The notes beneath the pieces were generated by a model, which saw only the letters and a list, made by a program, of their open reading frames with translations, was not told where the DNA came from and made no database searches. This document shows positions 26,892 through 35,877 of a stretch of DNA of 64,000 bases, piece after piece. A program made the translations under genes and the position numbers. The DNA is taken from positions 270,106-334,105 of the forward strand of contig CAVSWO010000002.1 of assembly GCA_963731735.1 (NCBI GenBank). The letters are read 5' to 3'. The stretch comes from Candidatus Kerfeldbacteria bacterium (GTDB lineage: Bacteria > Patescibacteriota > Patescibacteriia > SBBC01 > CAIJZX01). Every line of letters starts with the position of its first letter. The stretch's first letter is position 1.

Positions 26892-27680
26892 ATGCGAATA
26901 TTATTTCTCGGAGATATTGTCGGGAAGCCCGGCCGACGAGCGATCCAAACCTTGTTGCCGGAGTTACGAACGGCGCTCCGAGTAGACACCGTGATTGCGA
27001 ACGTTGAGAATCTGGCGCACGGCAAAGGCATAACCCGTGTCACCTGGGGCGAGGTCCAGGCGGCCGGCGTTGACATTGGCACTGGCGGCAACCATATTTT
27101 TTCTAAACCCGAAGCGACCGAATTGCTTGATCGGGATCAGGCGCCAATTGTTCGACCGCTGAATTTTCCGAACCCACCAGCCGGACAGGGGCAAAAAACC
27201 TTTCAGGTTGGCCAAAAAAAGCTGTGCGTGATAAACTTGCTGGGCGAACACGGAATGCCCTTTGCACCTGTGGAAGGACCCTTCGCCGTGATGGCGGGTA
27301 AACGGGCGGATTTGGCGCAGCAGGCGGATGCGGTGATTGTCGATCTGCACGCTGAAGTGACCAGTGAAAAAGTCGCGATGGGATGGTATCTCGACGGGCA
27401 CGCCAGCTTGGTAGTCGGCACCCATACGCATGTGGCAACCGCTGACGCTCGAATTCTCCCGAAAGGTACCGGGTATGTGACTGATCTTGGTATGGTCGGT
27501 TTGCGCGATTCTTCGCTCGGCGTTGATAAAGATTTATCAATTCAACGCTTCGTGACCGGGCGTTCGGTACCATTTGAAATTCCGGAGCATGGAATCGTGG
27601 CGCTGAACGGCATACTGGCAGATATTCAACAGGGTCGGACTAGTACCATCGAACGTATTTATCGAGAAACAACTATTTAA
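26892..27680 (+). CDS. ymdB: YmdB-family metallophosphoesterase
   Basis: LFLGDIVGKPG, NVEN, GGNH, DLHAEVTSEK, GTHTHV; follows rny. Confidence 0.93.
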   Translation: MRILFLGDIVGKPGRRAIQTLLPELRTALRVDTVIANVENLAHGKGITRVTWGEVQAAGVDIGTGGNHIFSKPEATELLDRDQAPIVRPLNFPNPPAGQGQKTFQVGQKKLCVINLLGEHGMPFAPVEGPFAVMAGKRADLAQQADAVIVDLHAEVTSEKVAMGWYLDGHASLVVGTHTHVATADARILPKGTGYVTDLGMVGLRDSSLGVDKDLSIQRFVTGRSVPFEIPEHGIVALNGILADIQQGRTSTIERIYRETTI

Positions 27681-27685
27681 CGCAT

Positions 27686-28009
27686 ATGAATAAGATTGAA
27701 CTGGCGGAAAAAATGGCGGAGAAACTCGGCGTCACGAAAAAGCAAGCTGAGGATATGCTGAATGTGTTTGAAGAAGTCGTGACTGAAACTTTACAGGCTG
27801 GCGCGGAAGTTACGCTGACCGGTTTCGGCACCTTTATGAGCAAGAAGCGTGAAGCCCGGATGGGCGTCAACCCGCAACGACCAGGTGAAAAAATCCAGAT
27901 CCCGGCCGTCACCATTCCAAAATTTAAAGCCGGTAAATCGCTCAAGGATGCATTAAAAGCCGGGGGGACAACTCCAGCTGCGCCTACGACGCCGCCGACA
28001 AATCTCTAA
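27686..28009 (+). CDS. hup: DNA-binding protein HU
   Basis: MNKIEL, LTGFGTF, GVNPQ, PKFKAGKSLKD. Confidence 0.95.
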   Translation: MNKIELAEKMAEKLGVTKKQAEDMLNVFEEVVTETLQAGAEVTLTGFGTFMSKKREARMGVNPQRPGEKIQIPAVTIPKFKAGKSLKDALKAGGTTPAAPTTPPTNL

Positions 28010-28202
28010 AGATTGCCTCTCAACGCCGCGCCCTCTGGCAGGGCGCGGCTTGAATATCCAAAACACCTCGTGGTGACCCGCGAAGCTTGTCCGCCATATT
28101 TTGCGTTCGACGCAAAGGGGGGCGGGGACTCGTCAGGCGGCCTGATCCCCGCCTGCCTTAGCGGTGCGGCGGACAGGCGGCTTCGCCGGAAACCTTTCTA
28201 CG

Positions 28203-28589
28203 TAAGAGGCAGTTGCTCTGCCTGGGCAGCGCCGACCTGCCACTGGCAGCTCGGCGAACATTCGGACGGCGTTCCACTTGTCCTCACTTCTGCCCGTCTC
28301 GCTTCGCTCGACCCATTTCGCTAGCGGCCGCTAGCTCAAAACACCTCGTGGTGACCCGCGAAGGACTCGAACCTTCAACCCACTGCTTAAGAGGCAGTTG
28401 CTCTGCCTGGGCAGCGCCGACCTGCCACTGGCAGCTCGGCGAACATTCGGACGGCGTTCCACTTGTCCTCACTTCTGCCCGTCTCGCTTCGCTCGACCCA
28501 TTTCGCTAGCGGCCGCTAGCTCAAAACACCTCGTGGTGACCCGCGAAGGACTCGAACCTTCAACCCACTGCTTAAGAGGCAGTTGCTCT
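28203..28589. repeat. 185-bp tandem repeat (about 2.1 copies) containing interrupted tRNA-Lys copies
   Basis: Identical units start at 28203 and 28388 and a partial unit at 28573; a further remnant CAAAACACCTCGTGGTGACCCGCGAAG lies near 28059-28085. Confidence 0.9.
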
Positions 28590-28608
28590 ACCATTGAGCT
28601 AGCGGGCC
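28534..28608 (-). tRNA. tRNA-Lys(CTT)
   Basis: Cloverleaf, anticodon loop CTCTTAA, CCA. Confidence 0.95.
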
Positions 28609-28631
28609 GCCAGCAAGTGTTTTGAATGATT

Positions 28632-28706
28632 TGGTGCCGCGGGTCAGAATCGAACTGACGACGCCAGCCTCTTCAGGGCTGCGCTCTACCATTGAGCTAC
28701 CGCGGC
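28632..28706 (-). tRNA. tRNA-Phe(GAA)
   Basis: Cloverleaf, anticodon loop CTGAAGA, CCA. Confidence 0.95.
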
Positions 28707-28756
28707 CTAAGCTTTGGGCTCCGCCAGCGTAGCGGAGTTTGATATTTTTTTCAAGT

Positions 28757-28835
28757 TGGTGGACCCTACCGGGCTCGAACGTCCGGTAGTACGGAAGCCA
28801 TACTATTGCTTCCGTTCTTCGGACCCTCCGCGTTG
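28757..28835 (-). pseudogene. Degenerate tRNA-Ala 3' half with a hairpin insertion
   Basis: GTTCGAGCCCGGTAGGGTCCACCA matches the 3' end of tRNA-Ala(GGC) at 4714 at 23 of 24 positions; preceded by a hairpin and GCAACGCGGAGG. Confidence 0.55.
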
Positions 28836-28880
28836 CCATAAACGAAATGCTTGGAAAGAATGGGCGGGATCCCGCTCCGG

Positions 28881-28956
28881 TGGTGGACCGTGCCGGACTC
28901 GAACCGGCCACCTCCGCGTTGCAAACGCGGCGCTCTACCAGATGAGCTAACGGCCC
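28881..28956 (-). tRNA. tRNA-Ala(TGC)
   Basis: Cloverleaf, anticodon loop TTTGCAA, CCA. Confidence 0.95.
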
Positions 28957-29029
28957 CCCACCGGGGCATGAAATTACGGCGCTCGGACCTTACCCCGCCG
29001 CGCGGAAATGTGTTACGAGCCGTAACACG

Positions 29030-29275
29030 CTACTGATTTTTGATGAACGATCCGAAAATTGCTCGCAAGATGGCCTGGAGTCCGCCCGTTACCCAGAGCA
29101 ACGCACCAATGATAATCAGCAGGCCAATCAATTTAACAAACAACCGGGTTCCTCCCTCGGTCCCAAGATGCGCTTCCGCCCATTCAATCGGACCAATGAA
29201 ACGATAGATGGCTTCACTTTTAATGACCAGGACGGCTCCCACGGCTATAATGGCGATGATAATGAGGAAATACAT
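29030..29275 (-). CDS. Small two-TM membrane protein, hypothetical
   Basis: Two hydrophobic helices around WAEAHLGTEGGTRLFVKLIG. Confidence 0.75.
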   Translation of the reverse strand: MYFLIIIAIIAVGAVLVIKSEAIYRFIGPIEWAEAHLGTEGGTRLFVKLIGLLIIIGALLWVTGGLQAILRAIFGSFIKNQ

Positions 29276-29292
29276 AGAAATTGTTTGGGCCT

Positions 29293-29542
29293 TGGTGGGG
29301 ACGAGAGGAGTCGAACCCCTGGCCTTCTCGGTGTAAACGAGACGCTCTCCGTTTGCTTCACTGCTTCTTGGTGGGGACGAGAGGAGTCGAACCCCTGGCC
29401 TTCTCGGTGTAAACGAGACGCTCTAACCAACTGAGCTACATCCCCAGAAGCAGTGAAACAATCGGCCGGGGCGCATGAATGCTTATGAAAGCGCCCGTCT
29501 CGTCGCGTCTGACGCGACTCGACCCAACTGAGCTACATCCCC
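29293..29542 (-). pseudogene. Split outer tRNA-Val(TAC) copy: 5' part 29524-29542, 3' part 29293-29348
   Basis: Both parts are identical to the intact gene that lies between them. Confidence 0.75.
29369..29445 (-). tRNA. tRNA-Val(TAC)
   Basis: Cloverleaf, anticodon loop TTTACAC, CCA. Confidence 0.95.
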
Positions 29543-29635
29543 GATAACTGGCCTACTCTACCAAAAATGCGGCCGAAAGACAATGGATGCATTCGTCCGT
29601 GAATGATGGTGCGGACGAGGGGACTGTCGACTGCG

Positions 29636-29899
29636 TCACCTGGTGACTTCGTCGACTAGACCTACCAGACGTTTTTTCGTGAAGGCTCGTCCAGAGCCTG
29701 ACTTGAGATAGTGTTCAAAATTCGCGGCTGATTGCCTGTCAATAAACCCGCCATACCAAACCAAGGTAAGGGGCCGATAGAATTTTGTGACGGGAGAGTG
29801 GCCATCGTTGTGTTCAGAAATTCTTCGGCGAAGATTGCTGGTCAGACCAACATACTGAAAACTTTTCTTTTTCGATTGGAGGATGTAAACAAAAAACAT
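29636..29899 (-). CDS. Stand-alone GIY-YIG nuclease
   Basis: MFFVYILQS..YVGLTSNLRRRISEHN..TKFYRPLTLV..FEHYLKSGSGR. Confidence 0.9.
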   Translation of the reverse strand: MFFVYILQSKKKSFQYVGLTSNLRRRISEHNDGHSPVTKFYRPLTLVWYGGFIDRQSAANFEHYLKSGSGRAFTKKRLVGLVDEVTR

Positions 29900-29972
29900 G
29901 GCCATACTGATCGCCACCTAGAGATAGCCTAGCAGTTTACATGCCGGAGTCAAGCTTTGCTTGACAAAGGCA

Positions 29973-30060
29973 TGGTGCGGACGAGAGGACTCGAACCTCC
30001 AACCCCTTGCGGGGACTAGCCCCTCAAGCTAGCGCGTATACCAGATTCCGCCACGTCCGC
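29973..30060 (-). tRNA. tRNA-Leu(GAG)
   Basis: Cloverleaf with long variable arm, anticodon loop TTGAGGG, CCA. Confidence 0.95.
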
Positions 30061-30193
30061 AAATATTGCAGCGGCAAGCGTAGCACACTCAATGGAATTT
30101 GCAAGCGCGTGGGCTTGTCTTTTCCTGACAAATACCCTAAAGTCTCGGAGGAGAAATTCGCTCTTCACAAGCTCGTCCTGTCCAGGAGGATGC

Positions 30194-31021
30194 ATGACCA
30201 CGACACAATCTTCGAGGCTCTCTCTGGAGCAGTTGGCTAACCAAGCCGCGACCCAGATCAAGCAGCGAACACGGGTTGATCACCGGGTGGCATTGGTAGC
30301 CGGTTCCGGATGGGGCGCGGCCACCAGCCAACTCGGCGTCACTCACGACGAATGCCCAATGACCGATTTGCCGGGTTTTTCTGCGCCCACGGTTGATGGT
30401 CACGCCGGACTGATCAGTAGCGTCCAGGTTGGCCCCAACCGCGTCCTGGTATTTCGCGGACGACGGCACCGATATGAATTCCCGGTTGATGACTACGTCT
30501 GTATGGATGCGATTGTGCATAGTGTTGTCACCGCGTATAGCGCCGGGTGCCGGGACATCATATTGACCAACGCGGTTGGCGGACTGAACCCAAACTATAC
30601 AATTGGACAGGCCGTCCTGATCGCCGATCAGAATGGGGCAATTACTGCCGCACCATCGCCCTTACGCGGCGGACCGACCGAGAATTTCCTGAACTGTAAC
30701 CAGGTGTACGATCCGGCCTTACTCCAACTCGCTCAGCAAGTCGAACGCTTGGATCGGGGAGTCTACGCGCAAATCCGCGGACCGCAATTCGAAACGCCGC
30801 ATGAAATTCGTTTCTTGCGGCTCAACGGAATCGATTTGATAGGCATGTCAATAATCCAGGAGGCGCTGATGGCCCACCGGCTTGGCATGCGGGTGCTGGG
30901 CATTTCCTTGGTAACCGACCGGCCGGGCGACGATGTTTCCCACCATGAAGTCCAGCGTGTCGTACATCAACGCGCTCCCTATCTGGGAAAACTTCTCCAA
31001 CAAATCGTTGAGCGCATCTAA
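30194..31021 (+). CDS. punA: Purine nucleoside phosphorylase (trimeric family)
   Basis: GSG, GHAG, GRRHRYE, LTNAVGG, GPQFETPHE, GMS; GGAGG RBS. Confidence 0.88.
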   Translation: MTTTQSSRLSLEQLANQAATQIKQRTRVDHRVALVAGSGWGAATSQLGVTHDECPMTDLPGFSAPTVDGHAGLISSVQVGPNRVLVFRGRRHRYEFPVDDYVCMDAIVHSVVTAYSAGCRDIILTNAVGGLNPNYTIGQAVLIADQNGAITAAPSPLRGGPTENFLNCNQVYDPALLQLAQQVERLDRGVYAQIRGPQFETPHEIRFLRLNGIDLIGMSIIQEALMAHRLGMRVLGISLVTDRPGDDVSHHEVQRVVHQRAPYLGKLLQQIVERI

Positions 31022-31073
31022 CTGCCTCAACTAAAACGATTTTCGAGCGTCACGGATACCGTGACGCTTTTTC

Positions 31074-31385
31074 TTACTTCTTTTCCTTCAGCTGCCGGGC
31101 GCGCGGACGGCGGACGTGGTACAGTTTGGCCCGTCGGGTCTTGGCCGTCTTGACCAATTCCAGCTTGGCGATGATTGGTGAATGGATTGGAAAAATACGC
31201 TCAACCGCGATGCCGTCACTGATTTTGCGAACCGTAAAAGTGGCGGTTGGACCGGTGCCGTGTTTGCGCGCCAGCACCAGGCCTTCAAACACCTGGATCC
31301 GTTCTTTTTCACCTTCTTTGACCTTTTGGTGCACCCGGACGGTCTGGCCCGGTTTAATATCTGTGCGTTCGAGAGAGGTTGCCAT
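31074..31385 (-). CDS. rplS: 50S ribosomal protein L19
   Basis: [26 protein letters not shown]. Confidence 0.97.
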   Translation of the reverse strand: MATSLERTDIKPGQTVRVHQKVKEGEKERIQVFEGLVLARKHGTGPTATFTVRKISDGIAVERIFPIHSPIIAKLELVKTAKTRRAKLYHVRRPRARQLKEKK

Positions 31386-31448
31386 AAACAGAAAAATTTG
31401 AGAACCACCAGACTGTACCGGAAAGTCGGTATTTCGTCAAGCCAAGGC

Positions 31449-32378
31449 TTAGGTCACCCGGGTCAGGTATTGTTGGAGATCGTCCGGAAGCGGCGCTTCG
31501 AACCGTAGGCTGCTGCCGTCTAAATCGACAAATCCCAGGAGGGTCGCGTGTAAAAACAATCGCGGAGGCTCAAGTCTGAGTTTTTTTTGCCCGCGGCGGC
31601 GATAGAGTTTATCCCCGAGTAACGGGTGGCTAATAGCTTTGAAGTGGACCCGGATTTGGTGACTCCGGCCGGTCAGAGTTCGAACCCGAACCAAGGTGAA
31701 GTTTTTAATATAACGCTCGACCGTAAATCGGGTGTCGGCTTCTTTGCCTTCTTTACTGTTCGGACGGGCGACCATTAATCCAGATTTATCTTTTTTTCGT
31801 GCGATGGCGAACGCAATCCGACCGCTGGTGTGCGTTATCCGGCCGAGCACCAAGGCGATATATTCTTTGATGATTGTGTGGTCTTGAAATTGTCGTTTGA
31901 GATGATCGAAGGCAGCCTGGGTTTTGGCGATTACCATCACGCCGGAAACGTCGCGATCAAGACGATGAACAATGCCGGGTCGCTGTTCCGGACGGTCACC
32001 AACCGTGGCAATGTTCGAATCATGATCGACCGCCCAGTCGGCCACGGTCCGTTCATGAATTGACGGGCCACCGTGGACTACCCAGCCCGACGGTTTATTG
32101 ATGACGAGTACATTGGTGTTTTCGAAGAGAATGTTCGGCTCGGTCAATGGCGCGTCGCGGACTGTTTCATGATAGGCAACCGTTAGATCACCGAAGCTGA
32201 TCGTGTCACCCGGTTTAACTTTGTGATGCGAGTTGACGGCCTGGCCGTTGACTTGGACCGTCCCGCCTTTGATGTGTTTCTGTAATTGTGAACGGGAAAT
32301 ATCGGTATGCTGAGCCAGAAATACATCAAGTCGCATTGGAGTTTCTTCAGCTGGCACAACAATTGATTGGGGAGACAT
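31449..32378 (-). CDS. rluD: RluA-family pseudouridine synthase with S4 domain
   Basis: RLDVFL, INKPSG, GIVHRLDRDVSG, TGRSHQIRVH, GDKLY. Confidence 0.9.
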   Translation of the reverse strand: MSPQSIVVPAEETPMRLDVFLAQHTDISRSQLQKHIKGGTVQVNGQAVNSHHKVKPGDTISFGDLTVAYHETVRDAPLTEPNILFENTNVLVINKPSGWVVHGGPSIHERTVADWAVDHDSNIATVGDRPEQRPGIVHRLDRDVSGVMVIAKTQAAFDHLKRQFQDHTIIKEYIALVLGRITHTSGRIAFAIARKKDKSGLMVARPNSKEGKEADTRFTVERYIKNFTLVRVRTLTGRSHQIRVHFKAISHPLLGDKLYRRRGQKKLRLEPPRLFLHATLLGFVDLDGSSLRFEAPLPDDLQQYLTRVT

Positions 32379-32550
32379 GTGGCCATTGTACCACGGCTTG
32401 GTATGCTTTTGGGCGGGCTGCATTGACTTCGAACCCGGAACATGGTACAGCACACCGTAGAGAGCTTGGCCAGATGCAACCTGTGGTATACTGCAGGTGC
32501 TCAAATAAACCCTCCGAGCGATTTTTCATCATATATTTAGCAAAAGGGAT

Positions 32551-35520
32551 ATGCCTATGTTTATCAAAGCACGAACGGCCTGGCGCCGAAAATCTCTCCG
32601 TCAGCGCACCTGGCGAGCGTTGAATATTCTGGCCATGGCCGCCCTGGTCTTACACTACGGCGCCTTTGTTGCTTTGGCTCCGCAATCTGCGCAAGCCGCG
32701 AGCGGCAGTATCTGGACTACTACAAGTTCCTGCGGGTCGCCGCAAAACGTCAACCAATACAACGTCGGTGAGACGGTTTACATTCATGGAGATGGCTTTC
32801 CTCTGGGAGATTATGATTGGGCCATCACCGGTTTGCCAGGCCAGGCCTCAACTGATCCGAATATTGACGTTGCCTCATCCATCTTGGCGGGTTCAAAATT
32901 TCATGTTGATGCTTCCGGACAGTTTTGTTTTGATGCTTACGAAATTCAAGTTGGCGATTCCGGCGAGTATCAAGTAAAATTCGAAAATGTTAAAGGTGAC
33001 AATCTTCATATAAAGGGTGATTCAAATGACCCCCAGGGCGGCGAAGACCCTCTCTACAATCTGCATGGATACAAGTGGAATGACCTGAACGGGAATGGCC
33101 AGCGAGATTGCCAAATCTTCGACCAGGCCGCGTCAGTAGTGAATGATTCCTGTGAACCGTTGCTCGGCGGCTGGACGATCCAACTCTGGCAGAATGAACA
33201 AAAGGTCGATGAAATGCAAACCTGCTCACTGGCTGATACCCAGGATGAGAAAAACGCTTGCTTTGGTCATGAAGTCGGCTGGTACTGGTTCATGAATTTA
33301 CCGGCCGGCGACTATACGATTTGTGAAGTCCCGCAGGCCGGTTGGACGCAGACCTTCCCGGTCGATCCGAACTGTCATCAGGTATCGCTCCCGAATGATT
33401 TACCGCAAACGGAAAATGCGGTCTTGGCGCCGGAATACAACTTCGGCAACCACCAAGACCAGTGCCGCCCCGGCGCCTCCTGGGCTGAAACCGTCGTGGA
33501 TGCAAGCCAGGGTACGCTGAAGAACGGTAATCCAATCACCGACAGTGCCCGGACTGACCCGAACGCGGCGCTCGGGGCCGCCGATTTTCCGGCAGCGGGC
33601 AGCTTCTTCAGTCTCGGTCAGAATGGCTGGATCACACTGGGCTTCAATCACCCCGTGCTTGATGCGCAAGGCGATGATTTGTCTTTCCACGAAGCGACGA
33701 ACGGGCGCAATGCGTACCCGAATGCGTACCCGCTTGAATCAGCGCTCGTGCAGGTAAGTCAGGACCTGTCAGAATGGAAAGATGTCGGCACGGTAACCAG
33801 CGAACCCGGCGGTGACGGCGTCATGACGCTCGACTTCAGCGGCACCGGGTACCAGTGGATCAAATATGTGCGCCTGTCTGATACCACCAATTACGCCCTC
33901 CATCAGTCGACGGCGGACGGCTACGATCTCGACGCAGTCGATGCCACCTATGAAATGTGCGCCAGTGGTTCAGTTGAGGGCTACAAGTGGCATGATCGGA
34001 ACGGCAACGGGGTTTTGGATAACGGCGAGGAACCGATGGCTGACGTCCGCATTCAAACCCTCCATGGGTTATTCGATGTGACTGATGCCAATGGCTACTA
34101 TCGGATTGACGCGATCCCAGTCGGCACTGAATCCATCATCGAATTTACCCCGGATGGCTGGTTCAACACTAATCATAATAACGTGGCTTTCGACGTCCCG
34201 ATTACGGCCAATCAAACGACTCGCGTCGACTTCGGCAACTACCAAAAATCCTCAATCAGCGGCATGAAGTTCAACGACCTGAATGGAAACAGTCAGAATG
34301 ACGAAGAACCGGGACTGGAAAACTGGACGATCACGCTCTGGAAGTGGAATGACTATCTCGGCCAGTACGCCGAAGAAGCCCAAACCACCACTGATCAAAA
34401 CGGGCAATACACGTTTAGTGATTTAGTGCCGGGTAAGTACCAGGTTTCCGAGGAACAACAAGCTGGCTGGACACAAACCTTTCCGGTTGGCAGCGGTCTG
34501 TACGATGATATTCAGCCGCTGTCTGGCGAGCAGCTGACCGGCTATGACTTTGGCAACTATCAACGGCCACAGATTGTGACCGAAGGTGCGCCGGATCTGA
34601 ACATCACCAAAACCAATGATGCCGAGACCTTCGTGAATCCCGGCGATACCGTTGGCTACACCGTGGCTGTAACAAATACCGGCCTGGCGACCGCCTACGC
34701 GGTCAGTTTAACGGACACCCTGCCGGATGGTTTCAGTTTCGTGAGCGGGTCAGCAAACATCACACCGGATTCAACCGTCGGGCAAACCACTAGCTGGAGC
34801 CTGGGCGACATCGATCCCAACCAAACCGTCACCGTCACTTATAACGCGACCGTGGACGATAACGCAGCCGCCGGAACCTATACCAATACGGCTACGGCCA
34901 GCACCAGTGTTGAACCCCAGGTGCTTGAGGAGTCTGCCCGAGGGTTTGGTGAATTACGCGCCGCCACCGTCGGACCGGTGGCTACGCCCGGCACCCAAAC
35001 CGTCAGCGTTACGGCCAGCTCGGACGTGTCGGTCCATGTCCCGCGAGTCTTGGGAGAACAGGCCAACCCGGAACTCACGCTCACCAAAGTTGTTGACCCA
35101 AGCGTCACCAACCCGGGTAAAACCGTGACCTATAGCGTGGTCGTTGAAAACATCGGACAAGCCGATGCGGTCAATGTCGTTATCATTGACACCCTACCGG
35201 GTGGGCTGACCTATGCCGATACCGGCGACCAGAGTCGGACCTGGACCTACGATGTGCTCGGCGCCGGTGAGTCAAAAATTTTGACCTTCCCCGTTAAAGT
35301 CAGTTCCTCGATCGCGGCCGGCGATTACGTCAACACGGCCAAGCTCACCGCCGACAACAACGATCCGCTAACTGCCAGCGCCAAATTGACCGTCAAAGTT
35401 CCGCAGGTACTCGGCCTGGCTGACACGGGCGTCGGACCACGCGACTACCTAATTTTCAGCTTCGGTCTGCTGAGCCTCATGTCGTGCTTCGTCCTGCTGC
35501 GACGGCAGACTCGCGCGTAA
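32551..35520 (+). CDS. Large surface protein with SdrD-B-like and DUF11 repeats and an LxxTG-type C-terminal anchor
   Basis: Three GxKxxDxNGN repeats, two LxxTK..PG.TV.YxV.V.N repeats, LADTG followed by a TM helix and RRQTRA. Confidence 0.85.
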   Translation: MPMFIKARTAWRRKSLRQRTWRALNILAMAALVLHYGAFVALAPQSAQAASGSIWTTTSSCGSPQNVNQYNVGETVYIHGDGFPLGDYDWAITGLPGQASTDPNIDVASSILAGSKFHVDASGQFCFDAYEIQVGDSGEYQVKFENVKGDNLHIKGDSNDPQGGEDPLYNLHGYKWNDLNGNGQRDCQIFDQAASVVNDSCEPLLGGWTIQLWQNEQKVDEMQTCSLADTQDEKNACFGHEVGWYWFMNLPAGDYTICEVPQAGWTQTFPVDPNCHQVSLPNDLPQTENAVLAPEYNFGNHQDQCRPGASWAETVVDASQGTLKNGNPITDSARTDPNAALGAADFPAAGSFFSLGQNGWITLGFNHPVLDAQGDDLSFHEATNGRNAYPNAYPLESALVQVSQDLSEWKDVGTVTSEPGGDGVMTLDFSGTGYQWIKYVRLSDTTNYALHQSTADGYDLDAVDATYEMCASGSVEGYKWHDRNGNGVLDNGEEPMADVRIQTLHGLFDVTDANGYYRIDAIPVGTESIIEFTPDGWFNTNHNNVAFDVPITANQTTRVDFGNYQKSSISGMKFNDLNGNSQNDEEPGLENWTITLWKWNDYLGQYAEEAQTTTDQNGQYTFSDLVPGKYQVSEEQQAGWTQTFPVGSGLYDDIQPLSGEQLTGYDFGNYQRPQIVTEGAPDLNITKTNDAETFVNPGDTVGYTVAVTNTGLATAYAVSLTDTLPDGFSFVSGSANITPDSTVGQTTSWSLGDIDPNQTVTVTYNATVDDNAAAGTYTNTATASTSVEPQVLEESARGFGELRAATVGPVATPGTQTVSVTASSDVSVHVPRVLGEQANPELTLTKVVDPSVTNPGKTVTYSVVVENIGQADAVNVVIIDTLPGGLTYADTGDQSRTWTYDVLGAGESKILTFPVKVSSSIAAGDYVNTAKLTADNNDPLTASAKLTVKVPQVLGLADTGVGPRDYLIFSFGLLSLMSCFVLLRRQTRA

Positions 35521-35550
35521 GCGCTGCCTCCGAAAGGCTTCGGCAAATAA

Positions 35551-35582
35551 CACCACGCCCCCAGTCGGGGGCGTGGTGTTTG
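35551..35582 (+). terminator. Intrinsic terminator
   Basis: CACCACGCCCC-loop-GGGGCGTGGTG followed by TTTT. Confidence 0.7.
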
Positions 35583-35596
35583 TAAAAAGTCTTGGC

Positions 35597-35673
35597 TGGT
35601 GGGCGACAGAGGAGTCGAACCTCTGACCTTCACAATGTCAATGTGACGCTCTAACCAACTGAGCTAGCCGCCC
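35597..35673 (-). tRNA. tRNA-Val(GAC)
   Basis: Cloverleaf, anticodon loop TTGACAT, CCA. Confidence 0.95.
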
Positions 35674-35743
35674 ACGCCGGCCCACGATACCACAGCTTTG
35701 TCCGCAGCTCAAGTAGGGGCGCGGCATTGCCGGTACCGGGTTA

Positions 35744-35820
35744 TGGTGGGCGGACATGGATTCGAACCATGGACCGGTCGGATATAAGCCGACTGCTCTA
35801 ACCAACTGAGCTATCCGCCC
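35744..35820 (-). tRNA. tRNA-Ile(TAT)
   Basis: Cloverleaf, stem GTCGG/CCGAC, loop CTTATAT, CCA. Confidence 0.9.
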
Positions 35821-35877
35821 TAACATGAACAATAAAAACCAAGCGGAGTGTACACCCCCGACTCATCCTTTTCAAGT

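Noticed and set aside
28013-28625. ORFs of 62-103 aa with repeated peptides
   Set aside because: They are translations of the 185-bp tRNA-Lys tandem repeat.
28757-28880. tmRNA suggested by a tRNA-Ala-like 3' end
   Set aside because: Only about 120 nt are available, with no matching 5' acceptor strand or tag reading frame; it is better explained as a tRNA-Ala remnant.
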